A DNA stretch of 64,000 nt, taken from NCBI GenBank assembly GCA_035499215.1, contig DATJZH010000177.1, forward strand, positions 31 to 64,030, written 5' to 3'. A model generated the notes under the pieces. That model saw only the letters and a list, made by a program, of their open reading frames with translations. It searched no databases and was not told where the DNA came from. Every line of letters starts with the position of its first letter. Position 1 is the first letter of the stretch. Below are positions 47,528 to 56,836 of this stretch, in pieces. The stretch is from Streptosporangiaceae bacterium. GTDB lineage: Bacteria; Actinomycetota; Actinomycetes; Streptosporangiales; Streptosporangiaceae. The translations under genes were made by a program, and so were the position numbers.

Positions 47528-48298
47528 CTACGCCATCAGCTGGTCTGACGCCCTCAGCGCGCGCAGCGCCGCGTCGAAGGAGAACATGCGGCTCCGGACG
47601 TGCTCAGCGTGCCGGTCGCCAGAGGCGCCGGGAGCCCGCTCAGCGTCCATCGCGGCGCGAACAGCCTGCAGCGTCGCGAGCACATCGGTAACCCGGCCGC
47701 GGCTGTTCTCATCCGGAGCGGCTTCGCGCAGCGCATAGAGCATCTGGGCGAAGTCATCTGCCCGGCGCTGGATCTCCAGCCAGCGCCGCCCTGCGTCGTG
47801 ACCGGCCAGGGCAGCCGGCCTCTCGGCGACGCTCATAGCGTCATGGAGAGCCGAGCCGCGCCCGTATGCGTCGATGACCGTGGACCGCCAGGCTGCGGCG
47901 GCCGCGCCGCGGCGGCCCTCGGCGCGGAACACCCACACGACCACGGCGATGATCGCTATCGCGCCGATGATGACGAGCGGCCAGATGTCCGCGGGACCGC
48001 CGGTCGCCGCGGGGGAACTGGTCGGCGTCGGGGTCATGGCGCTGCGGGACGTCGGAGCCGGGCTGGCGGCGCTGCGCGGCGCCGCCGGCCCGGCGCTGGA
48101 AGACGCCGGCGGATGGGTGGTGGCCGTTGCCGGGAGGCTGGGTGACAGGCTCAGGCCCGGGCTGAGCGTGGCGTGCACGTTCGCTGCGGGCGTAAGGCCG
48201 CCGGTCGCGGCTTCGCCGCCCCGCCCGCAGCCCGCTGCGACGAATGCGACGAGAAACATCATTGCGAAAAGGAGCAGGCTGTTGGTCAGGCGCCGCAT
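47528..48298 (-). CDS. Hypothetical protein with a lipoprotein-type signal peptide, S/T/P-rich linker, one TM and a helical C-terminal domain
   Basis: MRRLTNSLLLFAMMFLVAFVAAGCG has a lipobox-like AAGC. An S/T/P/A-rich stretch follows, then IWPLVIIGAIAIIAVVVWVF. No domain recognised. Confidence 0.6.
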   Translation of the reverse strand: MRRLTNSLLLFAMMFLVAFVAAGCGRGGEAATGGLTPAANVHATLSPGLSLSPSLPATATTHPPASSSAGPAAPRSAASPAPTSRSAMTPTPTSSPAATGGPADIWPLVIIGAIAIIAVVVWVFRAEGRRGAAAAAWRSTVIDAYGRGSALHDAMSVAERPAALAGHDAGRRWLEIQRRADDFAQMLYALREAAPDENSRGRVTDVLATLQAVRAAMDAERAPGASGDRHAEHVRSRMFSFDAALRALRASDQLMA

Positions 48299-48724
48299 GC
48301 TCCAGCCTTTCGCGTTGTGCTGCAGAGAATACGCCGGCAAACGGCATCACCATCAGGTTCTGCCCGGGCCGCTGCGCAGTGCTCACCCGCGAGAGGGGAG
48401 CCCGGCACTCAGCCGGCCAGCGGGTCCTCGTCGGCGGCATCGGCGAAGGACGCGCTGGTTTCCACCTCAGGCCGGCGGACTTCCATCAGTGCCAGCCACT
48501 GGAACGTCCGCCGGTCGGCGGCAGTCAGCGCCGCTGCGTAACCGACCGGGGCCACAGCCGGTACCGGCGGGCCACGTGCCGAGAATGCCCTGCACGGTGC
48601 CGGCGATGCCGGTGATCAGCGCTGTCCTGCTTCCCGCCAGCGGATGCACGCCCGAGCTCAGCTGCTCGCCGATGACCGGGAAATTGCCGAGCGCCGAATC
48701 CCGTGCGGCCGCACCAGGGGCAGG

Positions 48725-49984
48725 TCAGGACGCACCGCGAATGAGCCGGCGCGCGGGCAGCTGGGGCATCCCGGCGTCGTCGGCTGCGCCCGCGGCCGCG
48801 GCGAGCCGCGGTCCGAAGCGCCGGGCCAGCGGATCGGCCGTCGCGCCGTGCGCGATCACGCTGACCAGCACGGTGAAAGCGATCACCGCGACGGCGCGGC
48901 CGGCTACCCGTTCGCCCAGTTCCTCGAGCGCGAGCAGGGCGAACACCACCGACGCCAGGCCGCGCGGACCGAACCAGCCCACGAACGCGGTGGCAGCCCG
49001 GCCGAGCCGGGTTCCGGCCAGCGCGATCGCCACCGGCGCCATCCGGATAACGGTAAGGCTGAGGATGGCGTAGAGAACCGTCTGCCAGCTCAGGCTCCGG
49101 AACGCGGGCACGACGGCGACGGCGCCGAACGCCAGCCAGACCAGCAGCGACACCGCAGCGCCGGTCTCCTCCACGAACGGCACCAGCCCCTCGGCGCGCC
49201 GCCCGGCGGTGGCGCCGAACGCGAGCCCGCCAACGAACGCGGCGATGAAGCCATTGCCGTGCAGGGCCAGCGCGCTGGCGTAGGCGCATACGGCCAGCCC
49301 CAGCACCGCCGTGCCGGCGAAGCCGCCCGCGACCCAGCCGCGGCGCCGGGCCACCTGCACCAGAAAGCCGCCAGCGCCGCCGACTGCCGCGCCGACGAGC
49401 AGGCCGATCGCCACCTCGGCGACAGCTTCGGCCAGCTTCGCGCTTGCGGCGTGCGCGGAGCTCGCGCCCGCGATGGCGATCAGCACGAATGGCGTCGCGA
49501 TCCCGTCGTTGAGCCCGCTCTCGACGTTGACCAGCCGGCGGATGCGCGCCGGGACCGCCGGATTGACCATCATGCCCGCGCCCAGGGCCGCGTCCGTCGG
49601 CGCCAGGGCGGCGCCGACCAGCAGGGCCAGCCAGATGCTCATTCCGCCGAACAGGGCAGCCGCGAGCATGGCCCCCAGGCCGATGGTCAGGGGCAGGCCG
49701 ATGCCGAGCAGCCGCACGCACAGGCCCATGTCGGCGCGAAGGTCCCGCAGCCCGACCCTGGAGGCGTCCGCGAAGAGCACCAGGATCAGCGTGATCTCCG
49801 CCAGGTTCTTGATCAGCTCGCGGGAGGGCGTGTACCCCAGGACCGCGAGCGGGTCGTGCGTCAGCGCCAGCCCGGCCAGGACGAACATGATCGGCGCCGT
49901 AACGTCGAAGCGCTCAAGCCGCGCCGACAGCGTCCCCCACGCGAACACCAGCGCCGCCACGATCGCCAGGTCGGATGTGCTCAC
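48725..49984 (-). CDS. Cation:proton antiporter (Na+/H+ exchanger family)
   Basis: APIMFVLAGLALTH..LAEITLILVLFADASRVGLRDLR..LAPTDAALG..NVESGLNDGIATPFV is polytopic throughout. Confidence 0.88.
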   Translation of the reverse strand: MSTSDLAIVAALVFAWGTLSARLERFDVTAPIMFVLAGLALTHDPLAVLGYTPSRELIKNLAEITLILVLFADASRVGLRDLRADMGLCVRLLGIGLPLTIGLGAMLAAALFGGMSIWLALLVGAALAPTDAALGAGMMVNPAVPARIRRLVNVESGLNDGIATPFVLIAIAGASSAHAASAKLAEAVAEVAIGLLVGAAVGGAGGFLVQVARRRGWVAGGFAGTAVLGLAVCAYASALALHGNGFIAAFVGGLAFGATAGRRAEGLVPFVEETGAAVSLLVWLAFGAVAVVPAFRSLSWQTVLYAILSLTVIRMAPVAIALAGTRLGRAATAFVGWFGPRGLASVVFALLALEELGERVAGRAVAVIAFTVLVSVIAHGATADPLARRFGPRLAAAAGAADDAGMPQLPARRLIRGAS

Positions 49985-50100
49985 TGTGCTACCTGCGGGC
50001 TCCGGCGTTCATGCGACTGAGAGGCCTGGCGCTCAGTTAGCTCTGCCACGGCTGGCCCGGGCCGGCGAACGGCATGCCGGGCTTGACTGAGGCAGACCCA

Positions 50101-50136
50101 GGCGCCGGCTGGCAGCACTGCTGGCCAGCCGGCGCC
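50101..50136. terminator. Long GC hairpin downstream of the DUF6325 gene
   Basis: ggcgccggctggc (50101-50113) pairs with gccagccggcgcc (50124-50136), with further pairing in the middle segment agcactgctg. No U-tract. Confidence 0.35.
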
Positions 50137-50262
50137 CTGGCGAACAACGCCTCAGGCCGCTAGCGGCGGGAAACGCGCCGCGCGGTGCGCCGTGACGTGC
50201 GCCTGGCTACCCTGCGTCCTCCGAACATCTCATGCCTCCTGGTTCTGGTCCTCGCTTAGAGG

Positions 50263-50817
50263 TTATGGCGTCTGCGCTGCGGCCGACGTTTCCAGCTCGT
50301 GCAGTTCGCGCGCCTCCTCGGCGGAGAGCAGCCCGATCTCGACCAGGTCGAGCGGGCTGATGAAGCCGTCGCTGATGCGGAAGCCCCCCGCGCGGGCGAT
50401 CGCATCCCGAAGCGGCACCGCCCAGTGGTGCTCCAGCAGGATGAGCGCCGCCGCTGAGTCGTTCGGGATGTCCTCCAGCACATCCCAGCCCTCCTCCTCG
50501 GTGAACACATGCACCCCGCCCTCGGCGGCGGCCTCCTCGGCGCCCGCGATCGCGCCTTCTTCCGCCCCTTCCTCGCCCTCGACACCGAGGCCGATCAGCG
50601 CGCCGATCTTGCTGCCGAGTTCAATCGCCTCGTCTTCGGTCAGGTTGCTGAGGTGCTCTATCTCCAGCTCCCCGTCGGCGTCCTTGTACACGGCCAGCGA
50701 GTCGATCACCCGCACCAGGTCGCTTTCGCGCAGCCGCTCCAGCTCGGCGATGATCTCGCCGTGGAAGCTGGGCTGGCTGAACCCCAGTACGAGTAGCTGC
50801 ACAGGTCCGATTGCCAT
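50263..50817 (-). CDS. DUF6325-family protein
   Basis: MAIGPVQLLVLGFSQPSFHGEIIAELERLRESDLVRVIDSLAVYKDADGELE..AAALILLEHHWAVPLRDAIARAGG. ATG 50817 is preceded by GAAAGGG. Confidence 0.78.
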   Translation of the reverse strand: MAIGPVQLLVLGFSQPSFHGEIIAELERLRESDLVRVIDSLAVYKDADGELEIEHLSNLTEDEAIELGSKIGALIGLGVEGEEGAEEGAIAGAEEAAAEGGVHVFTEEEGWDVLEDIPNDSAAALILLEHHWAVPLRDAIARAGGFRISDGFISPLDLVEIGLLSAEEARELHELETSAAAQTP

Positions 50818-51184
50818 GTTCGTTGCCCTTTCGCATGCTCGGCCGGCCCTCGTCGGCTGGCCTGTCCGGCGGGGTGCCGGGCCCTGAGCCGCCGGTAGAC
50901 CCGATCCGGACCTCCCTGGCAGCAGCATCACGAGCATCACGCCGGCTGCGGGGGCGGCGCATCACCCCAGGTGGGTGGTGCAGCTGGGAGATATGCTCAG
51001 CGGTACCGCGCGGCTGCGTGCGTCACCCCGCCCGGGTGGGGCCGCGGCACCGCTGACGGGGCATGGTCGAGTGCACCGGCGCGGTCGGCCGGCCCAGCGG
51101 GCCTGCTGACACGGCGGGCGGGCGGGCGGCAGCGCTTCGCCTGGGTGGCGCGTTCGTGGCCCGGTCGTGGACAGAGAGGAGCCG

Positions 51185-52648
51185 ATGATGAATGAGCTGA
51201 CGGCAGAGGCTCCGCCCCGGGGTGCGCAGCGGTACCAGCTTGACACGACGCTCGGGGATCTGACTCCAGACGAGAGCATCGCCCGGGGCAGAGCGGCGCG
51301 CGCTGAGGTGCCGCGTGCCAGCCATGCCGTTTTCGACCCTCCCTCGGACCGGCTGGACCCGATCGGCCTGCTGGCGAAGCAGGCCGAGTCGCGGGTGCCT
51401 GAGCTGGTGCCGATCCGGTGGGGCCGGATGATGGTATCCCCGTTCACCTTCTTCCGCGGGGCAGCGCTGCCGATGGCCAGCGACCTGTCCGCCACTCCGG
51501 TGTCCGGGCTGCCGGTCCAGGCATGCGGCGACGCGCACCTGTCGAACTTCGGCATCTTCGGCTCGGCCGAGCGCCGTCTGATGTTCGACGTCAACGATTT
51601 CGATGAGACCCTGCCCGGCCCGTGGGAATGGGACGTCAAGCGGCTTGCCGCCAGCCTGGAGGTGGCAGGGCGCGACAACGGGTACTCCGGCAGGGACCGC
51701 CGCGAGATCGTCGCGGCCGCGGTCTCCCGGTACCGGCAGGCGATGCGCACCTTCGCCGGGATGGGCAACCTGGATGTCTGGTACGCGCATGCCGACATAG
51801 AGCAGATGCGGGCGGATTTTGACAGCCAGCTGAAGGCCCGGCAGCGCAAGATGGTCGACAAGAGCCTGGCTAAGGCGCGAACCAGGGACAGCATGCAGGA
51901 AGTGGCCAAGCTGACCCATCTGGTGGATGGCCGGCCGCGGATCATCTCGGACCCGCCGCTGCTGGTCCCGGTCACAGAGCTGCTGCCCAGGGAGGTGGAT
52001 CAGCAGGCCTTCGAGGCGCAGATCAAGGGACTGCTCGCCAGCTACCGGCGCACGCTGGAAACCGACCGCAGGTTCCTGCTCGAGCAGTTCCAGTTCTGCG
52101 ACATGGCCCGCAAAGTTGTCGGTGTGGGCAGCGTCGGGACCCGGTGCTGGATCATCCTGATGCTCGGCCGCGACGCGTCCGATCCGCTGTTCCTGCAGGT
52201 CAAGGAGGCCGAGAATTCGGTCCTGGCCAGCTTTGTCGGTGCCAGCAAGTTCACCAACCAGGGCCAGCGGGTCGTTGCGGGCCAGCGGCTGATGCAGGCG
52301 TCCAGCGACATCTTCCTGGGCTGGCAGCGGACCGAGGCAGGACTGGACGGGAAGCAGCGGGACTTCTATGTCCGCCAGCTGCGGGACTGGAAGTTCTCCG
52401 TCCCCGTCGAGATCATGATCCCGCGCGGCATGCGGACGTACGGCGAGCTCTGCGGGTGGACGCTGGCGCGGGCACACGCCCGTTCCGGCGACAGGATCGC
52501 CATCGCCGCCTACCTGGGCGGCTCGGACGTGTTCGACAAGGCCATCACCCAGTTTGCCGCCGCGTACGCCGACCAGAACGAGCGCGACTACAACTCTCTC
52601 GTCGACGCCGTCGCATCGGGGCGGATAACCGCCGAGCGCGGCCTGTGA
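51185..52648 (+). CDS. DUF2252 domain-containing protein
   Basis: VPELVPIRWGRMMVSPFTFFRGAALPMASDL..QACGDAHLSNFGIFGSAERRLMFDVNDFDETLPGPWEWDVKRLAAS. ATG 51185 is preceded by GAGAGGAG. Confidence 0.88.
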   Translation: MMNELTAEAPPRGAQRYQLDTTLGDLTPDESIARGRAARAEVPRASHAVFDPPSDRLDPIGLLAKQAESRVPELVPIRWGRMMVSPFTFFRGAALPMASDLSATPVSGLPVQACGDAHLSNFGIFGSAERRLMFDVNDFDETLPGPWEWDVKRLAASLEVAGRDNGYSGRDRREIVAAAVSRYRQAMRTFAGMGNLDVWYAHADIEQMRADFDSQLKARQRKMVDKSLAKARTRDSMQEVAKLTHLVDGRPRIISDPPLLVPVTELLPREVDQQAFEAQIKGLLASYRRTLETDRRFLLEQFQFCDMARKVVGVGSVGTRCWIILMLGRDASDPLFLQVKEAENSVLASFVGASKFTNQGQRVVAGQRLMQASSDIFLGWQRTEAGLDGKQRDFYVRQLRDWKFSVPVEIMIPRGMRTYGELCGWTLARAHARSGDRIAIAAYLGGSDVFDKAITQFAAAYADQNERDYNSLVDAVASGRITAERGL

Positions 52649-52717
52649 GATCCCGGCTGGCCCGGGCGGCGGGGCTGCCCCCGGCGCTCGCGGCGCTGAC
52701 ATCGGGAGTCGTGCAGG

Positions 52718-53362
52718 GTGGTACTTGACCTGATGCTCATCGGGCTCGGGATCACCCTCGAGCCCTTCCCGCTGACCGGCTTCATCCTGATCCTGAGTGC
52801 GGAGAAGGGCACCAGGAAGGGCCTGGCGTTCATCTTGGGCTGGCTGGCGTGCCTGGTCCTGGTGATCGCCGCCGTCGTCCTGATGACCGGGGGCAAGCCG
52901 CCGGCGCCGAGCACCGCGCCGTCCACCGCTGTCCTCGCGGTGAAGCTTGCCCTCGGCGTGGTGCTGATCCTCTTCGCCGCACGGCAGTGGCGCCGGATGG
53001 GCAGCCCCCGCAAGCCGCCGGCCTGGATGGCGCGGCTGGACAGGCTCTCGCTCTGGACCGCCGCCGGCCTCGCCGCCTTCCTCCAGCCCTGGACCCTGGT
53101 CGCGGCTGGCGCCGCTACGGTTGTCCAGGCCAAGCTTTCCGGTCCGGCGAGCTATCTGACGCTGCTGCTGTTCTGCCTGCTGGCCACCTCCAGTTTCCTG
53201 TACCTGGAGCTGTACGCGGCATTCAGCCCGGCCTCGGCCGGTGCCCGGCTGAAGGCGCTGCGGACCTGGCTGGACACCCATCGCGACCAGGTGATCATCG
53301 TGATCTCGCTGCTGCTGGGCTTCTGGCTGGCAGGCAAGAGCATCTACCTGCTGGTGGGCTGA
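52718..53362 (+). CDS. GAP/Sap-like family membrane protein (paralog 2)
   Basis: MVLDLMLIGLGITLEPFPLTGFILILSAEKGTRKGLAFILGWLACLVLVIAAVVL..ARQWRRMGSPRKPPAWMARLD.. Confidence 0.72.
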   Translation: MVLDLMLIGLGITLEPFPLTGFILILSAEKGTRKGLAFILGWLACLVLVIAAVVLMTGGKPPAPSTAPSTAVLAVKLALGVVLILFAARQWRRMGSPRKPPAWMARLDRLSLWTAAGLAAFLQPWTLVAAGAATVVQAKLSGPASYLTLLLFCLLATSSFLYLELYAAFSPASAGARLKALRTWLDTHRDQVIIVISLLLGFWLAGKSIYLLVG

Positions 53363-53680
53363 CCCGCGATGTGCCGCCAGGGCCGGCGGCCCTGGCTTCG
53401 GCCGGCCGGCTCTGGCCCGGCAGCAGCGCTGGCCGATGGCGCTGCCCGTGCCGGCTGCCGGTCCGCGGGCCAGATGGCGGCCTGCGCCGTGGATACCCTC
53501 CGGTAGCATCACCCGGTTCAGGTGAGGTGGTCGCGTTCGTCCCGCGGGACGCTTGGCCGACGGCACTCAGGAACGTGGGCTGCTGTGCCGCCTGGCCGCG
53601 TGCCGGGCGGGAGGAAGTGTGCAGGCAAATCCGCGTGCTGCCCGCGCGGTCTGTCTGGCCCGAGGCCGCGGAGGACGCCC

Positions 53681-55060
53681 GTGACGATGACGACGGCCGA
53701 TCCGCTGGCGCTGCTGCGGTCACGGAGCTACGTGGCCCTGCTGGTACTTGCCGCGATCATCGGCGTGCCCGTCTCGGCGGCGGCCTACTTCTTTCTCGCG
53801 CTGGTCAGCAAGCTGCAGGGCTGGATCTTCACCGACTTGCCCAAGGATCTGGGCTTCCACGCCGAGCCGCTGTGGTGGCCAATTCCCCCGCTGCTGCTGG
53901 CGGGGGTGCTGGTTGCCCTGACCATCCGGTACCTGCCCGGCAAGGGCGGGCACTCTCCGGCGGAAGGGCTCAAGGTCGGCGGGGGTCCTGTGTCCCCGAT
54001 CGAGCTGCCCGGCATCGTGCTCGCGGCATTCGCGACCTTGACCCTGGGCGTGGTGCTCGGACCCGAGGCACCGCTGATCGCCCTCGGCGGCGGACTCGGG
54101 GTGCTCGCAATCCGCCTTCTCAAGCGGGACTCTCCGGCCAGGACCCAGGCCGTGGTGGCCGCGGCGGGCAGTTTCGCCGCCATCAGCACGCTGCTCGGCT
54201 CGCCGCTGACCGGGGCGTTCCTGCTGATGGAGGCGTCGGGGCTGGGCGGATCCATGATGGAGCTCGTGCTGGTGCCCGGCCTGCTGGCGGCCGGCGTCGG
54301 CTCGCTCATGTTCATCGGCCTGGACGCCTGGACCGGGCTCGGCACGTTTTCGCTGGCGATTCCCGGCCTTCCGCCCGTCGGGTCGCCCACCGCAGCCGAG
54401 TTCGGGTGGGCGCTGGCGGTCGGGGTACTGGCAGTCCCGGTCGGCAGCGCGATCCGGTGGCTCGGCCTGCTTCTGCAGCCGCACGTCGAGCGGCAGCGGC
54501 TGCTGATCACCCCGGCAATCGGGCTGGCAGTCGCGGGCCTGGCAATCGCGTTCGCCGCAGCCACCGGGAAGAGCTCATCCGAGGTGCTGTTCTCCGGGCA
54601 GTCCGCCCTCGGCCCGTTCATCGCTAACAGCGCCAGCTATACCGTCGGAGCGCTCATCCTGCTCATCGCCTGCAAGGGACTCGCCTACGGCGTGTCGCTG
54701 AGCGGCTTCCGCGGCGGTCCTACCTTCCCGGCCCTGTTCCTTGGGGCGGCGGGGGGTGTCGCGCTGTCGCACCTGCCGGGGCTGCCAGTTGTCGACGGGG
54801 TCGCCATGGGCATCGGCGCGATGTCCGTCGTGATGCTCAGGCTCCCGCTGACCTCAGTCTTGCTGGCCTCCCTGCTGCTGGCGTCGGACGGCCTGGCCGT
54901 CATGCCCCTGGTGATCGTCGCTGTCGTGGTGGCCTACGTGATCTCGGCGAGGCTCGCCCCGAGCCCGGCTCCGGCGACCCCGGCTGCCCCGGAGCACCAG
55001 CCCGCCGGCGGCGCGGCTCCGGTCGTGCCCATCCGGCCCGCGAGTCCGCCGGCACAGTGA
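53681..55060 (+). CDS. ClC-family (voltage-gated chloride channel-like) membrane protein
   Basis: ..LPGKGGHSPAEG.., GVVLGPEAPLIALGGGLG and GSPLTGAFLLMEASG occupy the positions of the ClC selectivity motifs. Start is GTG 53681 or ATG 53687, after GGAGG. Confidence 0.85.
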   Translation: MTMTTADPLALLRSRSYVALLVLAAIIGVPVSAAAYFFLALVSKLQGWIFTDLPKDLGFHAEPLWWPIPPLLLAGVLVALTIRYLPGKGGHSPAEGLKVGGGPVSPIELPGIVLAAFATLTLGVVLGPEAPLIALGGGLGVLAIRLLKRDSPARTQAVVAAAGSFAAISTLLGSPLTGAFLLMEASGLGGSMMELVLVPGLLAAGVGSLMFIGLDAWTGLGTFSLAIPGLPPVGSPTAAEFGWALAVGVLAVPVGSAIRWLGLLLQPHVERQRLLITPAIGLAVAGLAIAFAAATGKSSSEVLFSGQSALGPFIANSASYTVGALILLIACKGLAYGVSLSGFRGGPTFPALFLGAAGGVALSHLPGLPVVDGVAMGIGAMSVVMLRLPLTSVLLASLLLASDGLAVMPLVIVAVVVAYVISARLAPSPAPATPAAPEHQPAGGAAPVVPIRPASPPAQ

Positions 55061-55267
55061 GCCTGGCGGGCGGGCGGCCGCCGCGCGCAGTTCACCCGGC
55101 GAGAGCGATACGCCCAGCGACAGCGCGCCGATGATCATAGGATGCGGCCGGGTGCGGCCCGCTGCGGCCCGCTGCGGCACTGCGGCCTGCGGCGCCCGCG
55201 GCGGGGCGTCCGGCATCCGCCGGGCCGAGCCAGCCGCTGACGGAGCGGGACAGGGAGAGGGATCATC

Positions 55268-56836
55268 GTGGCCAGGGCGTTCCGCACGGATCCGGCCGGA
55301 ATCGTCGCGGACGAACCGGTGCGCGGGCGCCGGCGCTGCCTGCCTTCGGCCGCCGGCCGCCGCGCTCCCAACGTGCTCTACGTGGTGTGGGATGACGCCG
55401 GCCTGGCTTCCTGGGACTGCTACGGCGGGCTGATCGAGACTCCGCAGATGAACTGGCTCGCGGCACGCGGGCTGCGGTATTCGCAGTGGCATACCCCGGC
55501 GCTTTCCTCGCCGGCCCGCTACAGCCTGCTGACCGGGCGCAACGTCGGAGCCGCCGGCATGGCCCGGGCCGGCCGGGGCGGTCGAGGCCGCGGCCGACCC
55601 GAGCAGGGCGTGACCATCCCGGCAGCAGTCGGCACGCTCGCGGAGATCCTCGGCGGTACCGGCTACCGCAGCTACTGCCTGGGCAAATGGCATCTCAGCC
55701 CGGCAGAGCGGTATGCCGTTGGCGGCTCACGCCAGTCCTGGCCACTTGGCCGGGGCTTCGACCACTATTACGGCTTCCTGGGCGCCCAGACCAGCCAGCT
55801 GTCTCCCGACCTGGTCTACGACAACCAGTATGTCGACGCGCCTTATTCGCCAGCGGACGGCTACCACCTGAGCCGCGACCTGGTCGATATGGCCATCGAG
55901 TTCATCCGGGACGGGATCCGCGCTGCCCCGCAGCAGCCCTGGTTCTGCTATGTGTCGTTCGGCAGTAACAACGCTCCGCGAGCCGCCCCGCGCGAGTGGG
56001 CCGACCGGTACCGCGGCGGGTTCGACATGGGTTACGACCGCTACCGGGAGATGGCGCTCGGCCATCGGAAGCGGCTCGGCCTGGTGCCGGGAGATGCCGG
56101 GCTCGCGCCGACAGGCCAGTGCGCCAGGATGGCGCGGGGCCCCGCGGCGCCTTCCTGGCAGTCGCTGAGCGGCGAGCAGAAGCGGATCAGCAGCCGCGCC
56201 GCTGAATCGCAGGCGGGCCTGTGCTCCTTCACCGATCACCAGATCGGGCGCGTGCTGGAATACCTGCGGGAATCCGGTCAGCTCGACGACACCATCGTGG
56301 TGGCCTGTTCCGCCAATGCGGCGGACGCCGATGGTTCTCCGCACGGACCGCCGCGCCCGGCCGACTTCGCCGTCAGCTGGCCTGACGACAGCAGGCCCGG
56401 TCCCGGGCCCGGTTACCCGGCTGCCGCCGCGGACGGCAGAGCTTATTCGGCCGCCTGGGCGTGGGCGTTCGGGACACCGTACCGCGTGTCCCGGCAGTCC
56501 TCGCCGGGCGGCAGCACCGCCAGCCCGCTGATCATCAGCTGGCCGCGGGAGATGAACGACGCGGCCGGCGGTGTGCGTGATCAGTATCATCACGCCGCGG
56601 ACATAGTGCCGACGATCCTCGACTGTGCCGGCATCGATTCGCCCCGTAGTGTGAACGGCTGTCGGCAGGCTCCGATCCAGGGCGTGAGCATGCGGTATAC
56701 GTTCCAGGCAGCTGACGCGCCGAGCGCCGGCAGGCCCGGCCTGACCAGTCACCGGCCGCGTGCGCGGTCTGCGGCGACGGCTGGGCAACCGGTCGACGCC
56801 GCAATGCGGGGATCACGGCGCCCGGCTCGCCGGTGA
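55268..56836 (+). CDS. Sulfatase paralog with a Ser-type motif (SSPAR), truncated by ~270 aa at the 3' end relative to the paralog at 45077. Possible pseudogene.
   Basis: NVLYVVWDDAGLASWDCYGGLIETPQMNWLAARGLRYSQWHTPALSSPARYSLLTGRN aligns to ..ALCSPTRSCLLTGRN of the paralog. Homology stops after GVSMRYTFQAADAPSA. The ORF end overlaps the convergent K+ channel gene by 24 nt. Confidence 0.65.
   Translation: MARAFRTDPAGIVADEPVRGRRRCLPSAAGRRAPNVLYVVWDDAGLASWDCYGGLIETPQMNWLAARGLRYSQWHTPALSSPARYSLLTGRNVGAAGMARAGRGGRGRGRPEQGVTIPAAVGTLAEILGGTGYRSYCLGKWHLSPAERYAVGGSRQSWPLGRGFDHYYGFLGAQTSQLSPDLVYDNQYVDAPYSPADGYHLSRDLVDMAIEFIRDGIRAAPQQPWFCYVSFGSNNAPRAAPREWADRYRGGFDMGYDRYREMALGHRKRLGLVPGDAGLAPTGQCARMARGPAAPSWQSLSGEQKRISSRAAESQAGLCSFTDHQIGRVLEYLRESGQLDDTIVVACSANAADADGSPHGPPRPADFAVSWPDDSRPGPGPGYPAAAADGRAYSAAWAWAFGTPYRVSRQSSPGGSTASPLIISWPREMNDAAGGVRDQYHHAADIVPTILDCAGIDSPRSVNGCRQAPIQGVSMRYTFQAADAPSAGRPGLTSHRPRARSAATAGQPVDAAMRGSRRPARR

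Noticed and set aside
48725-48727. In-frame TGA of the antiporter as programmed read-through or selenocysteine, because the frame stays open for 86 more codons
   Set aside because: The antiporter is complete at this length compared with the family as I know it. The downstream hairpin (gtgcggccgcac) is just a NotI-type palindrome and is not SECIS-like. A transporter is an implausible selenoprotein.
51023-53566. 847-aa minus-strand ORF, the longest unexplained ORF in the track, plus the overlapping 337-aa ORF 50962..51975
   Set aside because: Both are antisense to the well-supported DUF2252 and GAP-family genes. The sequence is R/P/G/A/Q/H-rich with no motifs. Stop codons are rare on the antisense strand in high-GC DNA, so this is a typical shadow ORF.
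53363-53680. Fluoride (crcB-type) riboswitch upstream of the ClC gene
   Set aside because: I found only weak resemblance (ggccgatggcgc and ccagatggcggcc) to the GGCGAUGG and CUGAUGA cores as I remember them. I could not find a convincing pseudoknot or P1/P3 pairing. The ClC protein also lacks features I associate with the fluoride-specific clade. A covariance-model scan (Rfam RF01734) would settle it.
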